A stretch of DNA of 64,000 bases from an uncultured Bacteroides sp. (GTDB lineage Bacteria; Bacillota; Clostridia; Oscillospirales; Acutalibacteraceae), in the NCBI GenBank assembly GCA_964396885.1, contig CAYNGP010000001.1:4766-68765 (forward strand). Reading direction: 5' to 3'. This document shows positions 44,223 through 54,102 of this stretch, one piece after another. Numbering within the stretch: the first letter of the stretch is position 1; each line of letters begins with the position of its first letter. The notes under the pieces are model-generated. The model was not told the DNA's origin, searched no databases, and saw only the letters and a list, made by a program, of their open reading frames with translations. The position numbers and the translations under genes were made by a program.

Positions 44223-45755
44223 TTATTCCTCCATACTCCAATATTTTCTGTCAAGGCTTCGATACTGCAAAGCCTCCGCAATATGATTCATTTCTATGTT
44301 TTCACTGCTATCCAAATCTGCTATTGTTCGTGCAATCCTCAGAATTTTGTCATATGCCCTTGCCGACATTCCCAGTCTTTCAAAGCTGATTTTCAAAAGT
44401 TCATTTGCTTCATCACTGAGCACACAAAAATCCTTGGTCATCTGCGGTGTCATTTTGGCATTGCAGGTTACATTTGTACCCTTAAATCGTTCACGCTGGA
44501 CTGCACGAGCCTTGTCAACTCGTGCCTTGATTACTGCAGAGCTTTCGCCCTTTGATTTATCCGAAAGTTGATCATACTCAACCGGCGCAACCTCTATGTG
44601 AATATCAATTCTGTCAAGAATAGGGCCTGAAATTTTATCAAGATACCTTTTCTTCGCTGCAGGTGTGCACTTACATTCCTTTGTGGGATGACCGAAAAAT
44701 CCACAGGGGCAGGGATTCATTGCACAAATCATCATAATATTTGACGGATATGTAACAGAACCAATGGTGCGTGCAATATTTACAATTCCATCTTCAATAG
44801 GTTGACGCAGGCTTTCCTTTGCACGGCGGTCAAATTCAGGAAATTCGTCCATAAACAGAACACCATTGTGTGCAAGGCTGATTTCACCGGGCTTAATTGC
44901 AGTGCCGCCACCTGTTAATGCCTGTGCAGAAACAGTATAATGCGGTGAACGAAAAGGTCTTTCACCAATCAAAGCAGTGCCCTTTGGTATTCTGCCTGCA
45001 ATTGAATAAACCTTAGTCGTTTCCAGCTTTTCTTCAAAACTCATGTCAGGCAGAATGGTAGGCAGTCTTTTCGCAAGCATTGATTTACCTGCACCGGGAG
45101 GGCCTATCATCAAACAGTTGTGACCACCTGCTGCTGAAATTTCCAAGGCTCTTTTAGCCTCCTGCTGCCCCTTAACATCTGCAAAATCTATTGCATATTC
45201 CGTTCTGTTATGACTAAACGCATTGCTGTAGCAGGGTGCAATTTTTTCCACACCCGATATATGCTTCATAACATCAAAAATATTTTTGACCGGCAAAACG
45301 TCAATACCGTCAAGCACACTGCCCTCAAGCTCATTTTCTTTGGGTATGAACACTGCCTTGACTTCACTTTCTCGAGCCTTGATGAGCATAGGCAAAACAC
45401 CGTTCACACCACGGATTTCACCATCCAGTGACAGCTCACCAATAAAAGCAAAGTCGTCCGTGTCACCCTTTAACTGACCACTTGCCTTGAGTATTGCAAT
45501 AAACACAGGCAAATCATAAACCGATCCCTCTTTTTTAATATCGGCAGGGGCAATATTGACAGTTATTCTTGAAACAGGGAAATCAAGATGACTGTTCTTG
45601 ATTGAAGCACGTACCCTCTCTCTGCTTTCCCTGACCACTGCATCAGGCAAACCGACCAAATCAAATCGAGGCAGACCGCTGCTGATATCACATTCTACAG
45701 TTACGCCAAAGGCATCAAGACCGAAAACCCCCAGACTTTTAACTTTTGCATACAT
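44223..45755 (-). CDS. comM: ComM/YifB Mg-chelatase-like AAA+ ATPase
   Basis: VGLPD...RERVR, GELSLDG, GPPGAGKS, PFRSPH, LAHNGVLFMDE, NPCPCG and ARTIADL motifs. Confidence 0.93.
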   Translation of the reverse strand: MYAKVKSLGVFGLDAFGVTVECDISSGLPRFDLVGLPDAVVRESRERVRASIKNSHLDFPVSRITVNIAPADIKKEGSVYDLPVFIAILKASGQLKGDTDDFAFIGELSLDGEIRGVNGVLPMLIKARESEVKAVFIPKENELEGSVLDGIDVLPVKNIFDVMKHISGVEKIAPCYSNAFSHNRTEYAIDFADVKGQQEAKRALEISAAGGHNCLMIGPPGAGKSMLAKRLPTILPDMSFEEKLETTKVYSIAGRIPKGTALIGERPFRSPHYTVSAQALTGGGTAIKPGEISLAHNGVLFMDEFPEFDRRAKESLRQPIEDGIVNIARTIGSVTYPSNIMMICAMNPCPCGFFGHPTKECKCTPAAKKRYLDKISGPILDRIDIHIEVAPVEYDQLSDKSKGESSAVIKARVDKARAVQRERFKGTNVTCNAKMTPQMTKDFCVLSDEANELLKISFERLGMSARAYDKILRIARTIADLDSSENIEMNHIAEALQYRSLDRKYWSMEE

Positions 45756-45792
45756 AAAATCACCAAATTTATTATATCAGCAATTGTAATTA

Positions 45793-45821
45793 TTGACAAT
45801 ATATTTTAATAGGTTTAGAAT
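45793..45821 (+). promoter_or_regulatory. SigmaA promoter of pgm
   Basis: TTGACA-17 bp-TAGAAT. Confidence 0.65.
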
Positions 45822-45860
45822 ATAAGTAATATTATATATTATAAATAAGGATGTGTTTTT

Positions 45861-47576
45861 ATGGATATTAACGCACAATATAAGCTTTGGCTTGAAAAAG
45901 CAGTTATCGACCCTGATTTGATTGAAGAGCTTAAATCAGTTGAAGGCAACGAGGATGAAATTCTTGACAGATTTTACCGTGAGCTTGAATTCGGTACCGC
46001 AGGTCTTCGCGGTGTTATCGGTGCTGGTACAAACAGAATGAACTACTACACTGTATGCCGTGCAACACAGGGACTTGCTGATTTTCTTAACAAGCATTTT
46101 GAAAATCCATCTGTAGCAATCGGCTATGATTCAAGAATCAAAAGTGACTATTTTTCAATTGAAGCTGCTAAGGTTCTCGCTGCAAACGGTGTTAAGGTTT
46201 ATATTTATGAGGAGCTTGAGCCAACTCCATGCCTGTCCTTTGCAATAAGATATTTCAAAACATCAAGCGGTATTATTCTCACCGCATCACATAACCCTGC
46301 AAAATACAACGGCTTTAAATGCTACAACTCAAACGGTTATCAGATGACCGATGAAGAAGCAAGTGAAACCTATGACTTTATTCAGCAGGTTGATTATTTC
46401 ACAGGAATTAAATCAATTGATTTTGACAAGGCTGTTGCTGACGGCATGATTGAATATATGGGCGACACTGTGATTAATGCATTCCTTGACGAGGTGCAGA
46501 AACAGTGTATTAACCCTGACATTGTTAAGGCTTCTGATCTTAAGGTTATCTATACCCCGTTAAACGGTACCGGCAATAAGCCTGTCAAAGCAATTCTTGA
46601 CAGAATCGGTGTCAAGGATGTTTATATTGTGCCTGAGCAGGAGTTACCTGACGGCAACTTCCCAACCTGTCCATTCCCTAACCCTGAAATCAGACAGTCA
46701 TTTGAATGTGCACTGAAAATGGCAGAGGAAATTCAGCCTGATTTACTTTTAGCTACAGACCCTGACTGCGACAGAGTTGGTATTGCAGTACAGGACGGCA
46801 ATGGCGGATATAAGCTGATGAGCGGTAACGAGGTTGGTGCAATGATGCTCAACTATCTCTTATCACAAAAAGCTGAAAAGGGCACACTCTCCGAGCAAAG
46901 CATTGCTGTTAAATCCTTCGTTTCAACAGACCTTGCTGAGGTTATTGCTAAAAAATACAACTGCACCTTTAAAAACCTGTTAACAGGCTTTAAATATATC
47001 GGCGAATTAATCACCCAGCTTGAGGCTGAGGGCAGAGCCGATGATTTTGTAATGGGCTTTGAGGAAAGCTACGGCTACCTTGCAGGCACACACGCAAGAG
47101 ATAAGGACGCTGTTGTTGCATCCATGCTTATCTGTGAAATGGCAGCCTACTACAAATCACAGGGCAAGAGCCTTGCCGAGGTTATGGATAGCCTTTATGA
47201 TGAATTCGGCTACTACTTCAATGTGGTTGAAAGCTACACCTTTGAAGGTGCTGCAGGTATGGAAAAGATGGATGAAATTATGACTAACCTCAGAGAATTT
47301 GCACCAAGCAACTTTGCAGGCTATGAGGTTGTTAAGGTTGATGACTATAAAACATCTTCCTCCATTAATATTGCAGATGCAAGTGTCAGCACAATTGATT
47401 TACCAAAATCAAACGTGCTTGCATATACATTAATGAACGGAAACAAGGTGATTGTTCGTCCGTCAGGCACAGAGCCAAAGATCAAGGCATACATCACCGC
47501 AATCGGAAAAAATAAAGAGGAGGCAAGTGCAATTGCCGAAAAGCTTATTGCTGAGGCAAATGAACTGATGAAATAA
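45861..47576 (+). CDS. pgm: Phosphoglucomutase/phosphomannomutase
   Basis: FGTAGLRG, TASHNP, DPDCDR, FEESYG and RPSGTEPKIK motifs. Confidence 0.93.
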   Translation: MDINAQYKLWLEKAVIDPDLIEELKSVEGNEDEILDRFYRELEFGTAGLRGVIGAGTNRMNYYTVCRATQGLADFLNKHFENPSVAIGYDSRIKSDYFSIEAAKVLAANGVKVYIYEELEPTPCLSFAIRYFKTSSGIILTASHNPAKYNGFKCYNSNGYQMTDEEASETYDFIQQVDYFTGIKSIDFDKAVADGMIEYMGDTVINAFLDEVQKQCINPDIVKASDLKVIYTPLNGTGNKPVKAILDRIGVKDVYIVPEQELPDGNFPTCPFPNPEIRQSFECALKMAEEIQPDLLLATDPDCDRVGIAVQDGNGGYKLMSGNEVGAMMLNYLLSQKAEKGTLSEQSIAVKSFVSTDLAEVIAKKYNCTFKNLLTGFKYIGELITQLEAEGRADDFVMGFEESYGYLAGTHARDKDAVVASMLICEMAAYYKSQGKSLAEVMDSLYDEFGYYFNVVESYTFEGAAGMEKMDEIMTNLREFAPSNFAGYEVVKVDDYKTSSSINIADASVSTIDLPKSNVLAYTLMNGNKVIVRPSGTEPKIKAYITAIGKNKEEASAIAEKLIAEANELMK

Positions 47577-47577
47577 A

Positions 47578-47673
47578 ATGAACAGAAAATGGGTTAAAAT
47601 CACTGCAATCATTCTCGCCTTATTAATGGCAGCAAGCGGACTTACCGTTGGTATTGTGGGATTGCTGAACTGA
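47578..47673 (+). CDS. Unannotated 31-aa single-TM peptide MNRKWVKITAIILALLMAASGLTVGIVGLLN (Prli42/DUF4044-like)
   Basis: ATG 1 nt after the pgm stop, ends before the terminator; basic N-terminus plus hydrophobic helix. Confidence 0.6.
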   Translation: MNRKWVKITAIILALLMAASGLTVGIVGLLN

Positions 47674-47684
47674 ATAATATAACG

Positions 47685-47726
47685 AAAACCACGGTGTCAG
47701 ATTCCGCTTGACACCGTGGTTTTTTG
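47685..47726 (+). terminator. Intrinsic terminator
   Basis: AAAACCACGGTGTCA/TGACACCGTGGTTTTTT hairpin. Confidence 0.85.
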
Positions 47727-47815
47727 TATATTCCACGGAGCGTGGATTTGTTCTAAAAGCCGTACATTGTGTTTTTTGCGACAGTATGTTATAGTAATGG
47801 CAGGGGGAAAGAGAA

Positions 47816-48517
47816 ATGGATGCAAAACTTACCGGTAAGCTTATTTCAGAAAAAAGGAAAGAAAAAGGACTGAACCAGATTCAGCTTGGCGAGCTGCTCA
47901 ATGTCAGCAACAGAACTGTATCAAAATGGGAAAAGGGTGACGGTTACCCCGACATTACCCTTTTGCCTGATATTGCAGATTGTCTTGGTATAACCATTGA
48001 CGAGCTGTTAATAGGTAATGCACCTGTTTCGCCGACTGTACAGGAGATTCATGATAGCGATAATAATATAGATAACAAAAAGAAAATATCACACGAGTTT
48101 AAGCTGTTGTTTTTATTTGCACTGTTTATGTCAATATTCAGTGCACTGCTTGGCGGAGTAACAGAGCTCTACTGCATTTGGGCATTCCCTATTTTATTTT
48201 ACACACACTGGGAAATCATGTTCGCCGCAGTATCGCTTTTTGCCGTTGTTGTGGGTATTTTGCTATTTGTTGTTGGGATTCACAGACTGCACCTTGAATA
48301 CACCAGGGCAGAAATTATCAGTCAAGCAAAAAACAAGGGCTTGGTACTATTCTTAGTTTCAACTGTATTTCCTCTTTGCTTTATTGCAAGGATATTGGAC
48401 ATTGCTTTTCATATGCTCCCAAACTGGGTTTATATTATTATGGCAATACTTGTTGCAATCGTTGTCATAACAGCAGCAGTCCTTTACAAAAGGATTAACA
48501 ATGAAAAAGTGGATTAG
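47816..48517 (+). CDS. XRE-family HTH regulator with C-terminal TM helices
   Basis: RKEKGLNQIQLGELLNVSNRTVSKWEKG..YPD; four hydrophobic segments. Confidence 0.88.
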   Translation: MDAKLTGKLISEKRKEKGLNQIQLGELLNVSNRTVSKWEKGDGYPDITLLPDIADCLGITIDELLIGNAPVSPTVQEIHDSDNNIDNKKKISHEFKLLFLFALFMSIFSALLGGVTELYCIWAFPILFYTHWEIMFAAVSLFAVVVGILLFVVGIHRLHLEYTRAEIISQAKNKGLVLFLVSTVFPLCFIARILDIAFHMLPNWVYIIMAILVAIVVITAAVLYKRINNEKVD

Positions 48518-49262
48518 ATTTATATTTGTTATAGTCGGCGGTATTTTGCTGTTTTACTTTATTGCGCCTTTATTCGCACACATACTTAATATCGGCAATC
48601 TTGCAGGGATGATTTTCTCAGCAGCATTGATTTGCCTTGGGTTATTTTTAAATCCTGTATTAAAACTTGTTGAAAAGATCAGAGCAAAAAAGGCAGGCAA
48701 AATAGCTTTTGATACCCTGTTTGCAGCAGTATGTTCGGTAATGCTTTGCTTTTTTATCGCACTCGGCTCAACAATCGCGGCATCAACTACGAATGCGACA
48801 GACCAAAAAACGGTTATTATTTTAGGCTGTGCCGTTGTTGGTGAACGCCCAAGCTGGATGCTGGGTTACCGAATTGACAGTGCTTATAAATACCTCAAAG
48901 AGCACCCGGACAGTGTGGCAGTGCTTTCAGGCGGACAAGGCAGTAACGAAGCTATAAGCGAAGCACAATGTATGTTCAATGTGCTGACAGAAAAAGGGAT
49001 TGAGCCGATCAGACTTTACCTGGAGGACAAAAGCACCAATACCTATGAAAACATCAGCTTTTCAAAAAAGATAATTGATGATAACAATTTGAGCACCGAT
49101 GTGGCAATTGCAACATCAAGCTTTCATCTTAAAAGGGCAACACTCATTGCCGACAAGCAGGGTCTGAACCCTGCAAGAATAAGCTCCTACACCAGTCACT
49201 TTTTAAGAGCAACCTACTATGTACGTGACACCTTCGGAGTAATTAAGGAGTTTTTATTCTGA
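48501..49262 (+). CDS. YdcF/DUF218 family membrane protein
   Basis: IILG, LSGGQG..E..SEA, EDKSTNTYENI and TSSFHLKRA motifs. Confidence 0.88.
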   Translation: MKKWIRFIFVIVGGILLFYFIAPLFAHILNIGNLAGMIFSAALICLGLFLNPVLKLVEKIRAKKAGKIAFDTLFAAVCSVMLCFFIALGSTIAASTTNATDQKTVIILGCAVVGERPSWMLGYRIDSAYKYLKEHPDSVAVLSGGQGSNEAISEAQCMFNVLTEKGIEPIRLYLEDKSTNTYENISFSKKIIDDNNLSTDVAIATSSFHLKRATLIADKQGLNPARISSYTSHFLRATYYVRDTFGVIKEFLF

Positions 49263-49768
49263 TGAAAAAGTCAAATAATATTGTTTTATCTTCTATTATT
49301 TTTGCAGCCACTCTATATGTTCCGATTACGGCGTTTGCCAATTCTTCATGGTACTGGTTTGGTGGTGTGCGGCCAATTTATATTCTACCGATTATTGCAG
49401 TTATAACAATTACAACTGAAACAATACTAATTAACTACTATGGCAAAGTAAACAAGCTATGGAAAACAGCTTTATTTGTAATTGCGGCTAATCTGCTGTC
49501 CTTTGCCTGTCCATATCTTGTGAATGCACTGTGGAGCACACCGGGTTACACCTTTGACAGGGTTATTGATAATACGCCGTCATACACTGTAACAATCGTG
49601 TTTTTAATTATGACACTTATTGTTGAAGCTCCTGTTGTGTATTTAGCGCTCAGAAAAAATTGTGACAGCAAAAAGAATCTGATTATTTCTATACTATCAA
49701 GCAATGCTATAACAACGCTGTTTGCGGCAGCAATTGAAAGAATTATTTGCAGAGGTACTTATGTGTGA
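49262..49768 (+). CDS. Hypothetical membrane protein
   Basis: Signal-like AFA|NSSW and five hydrophobic segments; translationally coupled to neighbours. Confidence 0.65.
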   Translation: MKKSNNIVLSSIIFAATLYVPITAFANSSWYWFGGVRPIYILPIIAVITITTETILINYYGKVNKLWKTALFVIAANLLSFACPYLVNALWSTPGYTFDRVIDNTPSYTVTIVFLIMTLIVEAPVVYLALRKNCDSKKNLIISILSSNAITTLFAAAIERIICRGTYV

Positions 49769-50430
49769 AAATTATAGGTAAAATTTACACCGATATGCCG
49801 GAAAAATTCGGTGTGCCAAGACAAGCAGGCAATGTGCCTGAACTTGAGGGTAAAATTATTTTTAATCCGCCCTACAATGTAGCTGAGGCTTTTGCAGGAC
49901 TGGAGGAATTCAGCCACATCTGGGTGCTGTGGCAATTCAGTGAAAGTATAAGAGAAGATTTTTCGCCAACGGTTCGCCCTCCGCGCCTTGGCGGTGAAAA
50001 GCGAAAGGGTGTATTTGCAACACGCTCACCCTTCAGACCAAACTCGATTGCTATGTCCTGCGTTAAGCTGAAAAAGATTGAGCATACCAAAACCCACGGC
50101 ACAGTGCTTTATGTTACCGGTGTGGATATGATGAACGGCACGCCCATTCTTGACATCAAGCCATACATTACCTATACTGACAGTCACCCCGATGCAAGAC
50201 AAAGCTTTGCACAGGATTATGTTGACTACAGCCTTAATGTGGATTTCCCAAAAGAATTAATTAAAAAAATACCAAAGGACAAACAAAAAGGAATAATCGG
50301 CATATTAAGTCAGGATCCCAGACCGTCATACCAGAATGACAGCAACCGTGTTTATGGTGTGAAATATCTGAACTTTGATGTTAAGTTTAAGGTTAACGAA
50401 AACAAGCTGACAGTTGTTGATGTAATTTGA
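49765..50430 (+). CDS. tsaA: tRNA (N6-threonylcarbamoyladenosine-37-N6)-methyltransferase TrmO/TsaA
   Basis: KFGVPRQ, VRPPRLGG..GVFATRSPFRPN and GTPILDIKPY motifs; GTG start after AGAGGT. Confidence 0.9.
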   Translation: MKIIGKIYTDMPEKFGVPRQAGNVPELEGKIIFNPPYNVAEAFAGLEEFSHIWVLWQFSESIREDFSPTVRPPRLGGEKRKGVFATRSPFRPNSIAMSCVKLKKIEHTKTHGTVLYVTGVDMMNGTPILDIKPYITYTDSHPDARQSFAQDYVDYSLNVDFPKELIKKIPKDKQKGIIGILSQDPRPSYQNDSNRVYGVKYLNFDVKFKVNENKLTVVDVI

Positions 50431-50440
50431 TAATTAAACG

Positions 50441-50474
50441 ATAAGACAAGTAACAATAGTTACTTGTCTTTTTT
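50441..50474 (+). terminator. Intrinsic terminator
   Basis: AAGACAAGTAAC/GTTACTTGTCTT followed by a T-run. Confidence 0.75.
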
Positions 50475-50587
50475 ATATTCAAAAATAAAAATAGTATTAA
50501 TTTTTTTCAAATATTTTGCACATTTTATTGTTGTCGATTGTTATACATTATAGAATCGATTCAAAAAAGGATAAAAGAGGTGAAAAA

Positions 50588-51100
50588 GTGGCAGAGGATA
50601 AAAGACTTTCTGATTTAACAGCAGATGATGTTGAGGACATTATCCGCAGCAATTATAACGACATATACAAATATTGCTATTGGAAAGTCAAAAACGATTC
50701 GGATGCAGAGGACTTGACGCAGGAAACCTTTTTGCAGTTCATAAACAGCCTTGACAATTATGATGAACAAGGCAAACCCAAAGCCCTTCTTTATACCATA
50801 GCAAGAAACTTGTGTATAAACCGATACAGACAAACGATGCCGCTTTCACTATCGGAAAGAGAGGAAATTAAATCAACAGCAGATGAAATAGGGCAAAGTG
50901 AAAATAAAATCGCCTTAGAGCAATGCTTAAAAGCATTACCGCCTGAGCAGCAGGAAATTTTATTACTGCGTTATGGACAAGGATTACAGATAAATGAAAT
51001 TGCGAAAATTATGAAATTATCACGATTCAAGGTTATGTATCGTATTAAAGGAGCAGTCAACACACTCAACAAAAAATTTGAAAAGGGGGATTTTTCATAA
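50588..51100 (+). CDS. ECF-type RNA polymerase sigma factor
   Basis: DAEDLTQETF, LYTIARNLC and region 4 LPPEQQEILLLRY...EIAKIM. Confidence 0.9.
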   Translation: MAEDKRLSDLTADDVEDIIRSNYNDIYKYCYWKVKNDSDAEDLTQETFLQFINSLDNYDEQGKPKALLYTIARNLCINRYRQTMPLSLSEREEIKSTADEIGQSENKIALEQCLKALPPEQQEILLLRYGQGLQINEIAKIMKLSRFKVMYRIKGAVNTLNKKFEKGDFS

Positions 51101-51864
51101 TGAAAAAGGATTTAAAAAATGCACTTGGCAAATATTATTCCGACATTCCGCAGAAACAGAATGAAGATAAGATTAACAAAATAGTTTTAACAGCAAGAAC
51201 CAAAATGAATAAGCTGACCTTTGCCGAGGCAGATATGTTATTCCCTCAATTCTTTTTGACACAAATAAAATTCATCAAAAAAAGAGTATGGATTGGTCAG
51301 TTTTCAGCTTTATTGCTTTTCGGAATTCTTCTGTTTGAATTACCGAATGAAGCGAACTCACTGAGTCTGATTTCTGCATTAATACCAATTATTTTTATAT
51401 TATGTATTGATGAATTGTCAAGAGCATTTATATATAACACTGCAGAGGTGGAGCTATCAACAACATTCACCCTTAATCAGGTTATGATTTCAAGAATAAC
51501 AATTCTCGGTCTGTCAGATATACTTATTTTAACCTGTGTAAGTGCCATGGCAGTGATTGTAACACCTATGAACTTACTTCATATTTTTATGTATCTTTGT
51601 GTCCCTTTTCTTATAACCTCTTTCGGCTGCCTGTATATTCTTAACCACATACGAACAAAGGAATGTAATTACTACTGCATTGCCTGGGGCGTTCTTATTA
51701 TGGCAGGAGCATTTGCCTTGTCAAAAGCTGCACCAAAATTGTACGAAGCATCTTTAATCAGCGGCTGGGCTATTCTGTTTGCTATAGCTCTTTTGTGCAC
51801 CGCCATTGAAATAAAGCTTTTACTGAAAAATTGCACAAATCAAACATCTTATAGATTTTCATAA
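51100..51864 (+). CDS. Multi-pass membrane protein, probable anti-sigma/accessory of the ECF-ABC module
   Basis: Coupled to the sigma gene; about 6 TM helices; ELSR...EVELST motif. Confidence 0.65.
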   Translation: MKKDLKNALGKYYSDIPQKQNEDKINKIVLTARTKMNKLTFAEADMLFPQFFLTQIKFIKKRVWIGQFSALLLFGILLFELPNEANSLSLISALIPIIFILCIDELSRAFIYNTAEVELSTTFTLNQVMISRITILGLSDILILTCVSAMAVIVTPMNLLHIFMYLCVPFLITSFGCLYILNHIRTKECNYYCIAWGVLIMAGAFALSKAAPKLYEASLISGWAILFAIALLCTAIEIKLLLKNCTNQTSYRFS

Positions 51865-51882
51865 ATAAATCAGGAGGTAAAT

Positions 51883-52773
51883 ATGGAGCTTAAGTTAACT
51901 AATCTTACAAAAAGCTTTGGCAGCAAGACTGCTGTAAATAGCTTAACTGTAACATTTAAACCCGGAGTTTATGGCTTGCTCGGTGCAAACGGAGCAGGCA
52001 AAACAACACTTATGCGTATGATATGCGATGTACTCACCCCTACATCGGGTGAAATTTCAGTTGATGGAAATCAAGCAAAAGCTATGGGTGAAAATTACCG
52101 AAAGCTGCTGGGCTATCTTCCGCAGAATTTTGGATATTACCCCGATTACACCGCACTTGAATTTATGTATTACATTGCCGCACTAAAGGGTATTTCAAAA
52201 TCAAATGCAAAAAGGCAAATACATCAGCTTCTTGAATTAGTATCACTGACTAATGTTGCTAACAAAAAAATCAAGACCTTTTCAGGCGGAATGAAGCAGC
52301 GACTTGGAATTGCACAGGCAGTACTCGGTAATCCTAAAATATTAATTCTTGATGAGCCGACAGCAGGACTTGACCCCAAGGAGCGTGTAAAATTTCGCAA
52401 TCTTATTGCTGATTTTGCAAAGGACAAGATTGTAATTTTGTCAACTCATATTGTATCTGATATTGAATACATTGCAGATTATATTCTGATTATGAAGGAT
52501 GGCAGACTGATTTCCGGTAAGCCGGCTGCTGAAATCACTCATGAGATTGACGGCAAGGTATGGAACTGCACAATACCCGAATCAAAAATTGATGAGGTTA
52601 ATGCATACTACAGTGTTGTCAATCTTCACCACAGTGACGGCGGCAATGCAATCGTTAGAATTGTAAGCGACAACAAACCCTTTTCAATTGCAGTGCCCAC
52701 TGAACCCACACTTGAAGATTTGTATATATACCATTTTCAAAACAGTGAAAATAAAACAGGAGGTAAAAAATAA
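51883..52773 (+). CDS. ABC transporter ATP-binding protein
   Basis: GANGAGKT, FSGGMKQR, ILDEPT and STH motifs. Confidence 0.95.
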   Translation: MELKLTNLTKSFGSKTAVNSLTVTFKPGVYGLLGANGAGKTTLMRMICDVLTPTSGEISVDGNQAKAMGENYRKLLGYLPQNFGYYPDYTALEFMYYIAALKGISKSNAKRQIHQLLELVSLTNVANKKIKTFSGGMKQRLGIAQAVLGNPKILILDEPTAGLDPKERVKFRNLIADFAKDKIVILSTHIVSDIEYIADYILIMKDGRLISGKPAAEITHEIDGKVWNCTIPESKIDEVNAYYSVVNLHHSDGGNAIVRIVSDNKPFSIAVPTEPTLEDLYIYHFQNSENKTGGKK

Positions 52774-54005
52774 TGCTTGAACTTATTAAGCTTGAAATGA
52801 AGAAGCTTTGCAGAAGGAAATTAACCATTATAGTAACAATATGCTGTTTTCTAGCAACTGCATTATTCTTTTCACTGCCTTTTTTTCAGTTTCTCGCATG
52901 GGATGAGGATGGAAATATGCTTTCACGCAGCGAAGCTGTTGAATACAGGCACGAATGCTACAATAATATTTCAGGTGAAATAACTGAAGAGCGTGTAACA
53001 CACGACCTTAAAGAATATCAGGAGAAATACAGTAATCCTGACAATATTATTATTGAAAGGGGCGGAGAGGTTACATTTAAAGATGAAGTCTTTTTTGGCT
53101 ATCTGTCCCCCAGAAGCAGTTATATGAATATGCTTGGCAACACCTATATGCCAAACGGACTTGGTAACAACAACATACCTAAAATTGATTTAACAAACGG
53201 AGCAAATTTTTATAACACAAGAAATGAAACTGTTAAAAATCTTATTAATAACAACAATGATTTAACTGAAAGCGAAAAAGAATACTGGATTGATAAAAAT
53301 GATAAAATAAATGAACCATATGAATATGGCTACGCTTTAGGATGGAGTTTATTCGGTGATACAGCTGTAATGCTGATTATATCTATTTTAGGAATATGCA
53401 TCGCTCTTGCATCTGTATTTGCAAACGAATATCAGGCCGGAACTGATGCCGTTATACTTTCAACAAAATACGGCAAAAGCAAAATCATATATGCCAAAAT
53501 CATTACATCTTTAATCTTTGCAACTGCAGTTTTTACGGTAAACGCAATGACTGCGCTGGCTATTCCACTTATAACCATAGGAGCAGATGGAGCAAATTTG
53601 CCTTTACAGATTATGGACACCACCGTTCCTTATTCACTTACATTTTTACAGGCAACAATCATTACAATAGTAATAGCCTATATTGTTATGCTCGGCTTAG
53701 TTTCGATTACACTATTATGCTCTTCAAAAATGAAAACTGCTTTCCCTGTGTTGATTATTGATGTACTTATCATTTTTCTTCCTGTATTTCTGAAACCGGG
53801 AAGTAATGATATATGGAATCACATTGCATGGCTTCTGCCTTATCACAGTATGTCAGGAGTGTCGATATTCAAAGAATATCTGTCATACCCTATCGGCATC
53901 ACTGTTTTAAGCATTATATCAATGATCGTGATATTATATCTTGCAATAACATTAATAGCTCTTCCGCTGGCAGGCAGAAGTTTCAAAAAACATCAGGTAA
54001 AATAA
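52773..54005 (+). CDS. ABC transporter permease
   Basis: N-terminal TM, large extracellular loop, FANEYQAGTD..ILSTKYGK and further TM helices. Confidence 0.85.
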   Translation: MLELIKLEMKKLCRRKLTIIVTICCFLATALFFSLPFFQFLAWDEDGNMLSRSEAVEYRHECYNNISGEITEERVTHDLKEYQEKYSNPDNIIIERGGEVTFKDEVFFGYLSPRSSYMNMLGNTYMPNGLGNNNIPKIDLTNGANFYNTRNETVKNLINNNNDLTESEKEYWIDKNDKINEPYEYGYALGWSLFGDTAVMLIISILGICIALASVFANEYQAGTDAVILSTKYGKSKIIYAKIITSLIFATAVFTVNAMTALAIPLITIGADGANLPLQIMDTTVPYSLTFLQATIITIVIAYIVMLGLVSITLLCSSKMKTAFPVLIIDVLIIFLPVFLKPGSNDIWNHIAWLLPYHSMSGVSIFKEYLSYPIGITVLSIISMIVILYLAITLIALPLAGRSFKKHQVK

Positions 54006-54042
54006 AAAGCCACAAATAACAGAACAAATTGAAAAAATAAAT

Positions 54043-54078
54043 CGTAGGGGAATCTGTCAGTTCCCCTACGTTTCTTTC
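54043..54078. terminator. Terminator between convergent genes
   Basis: CGTAGGGGAA/TTCCCCTACG inverted repeat. Confidence 0.75.
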
Positions 54079-54102
54079 AGTAAAATTCTGTTACTTGTGG
54101 TT

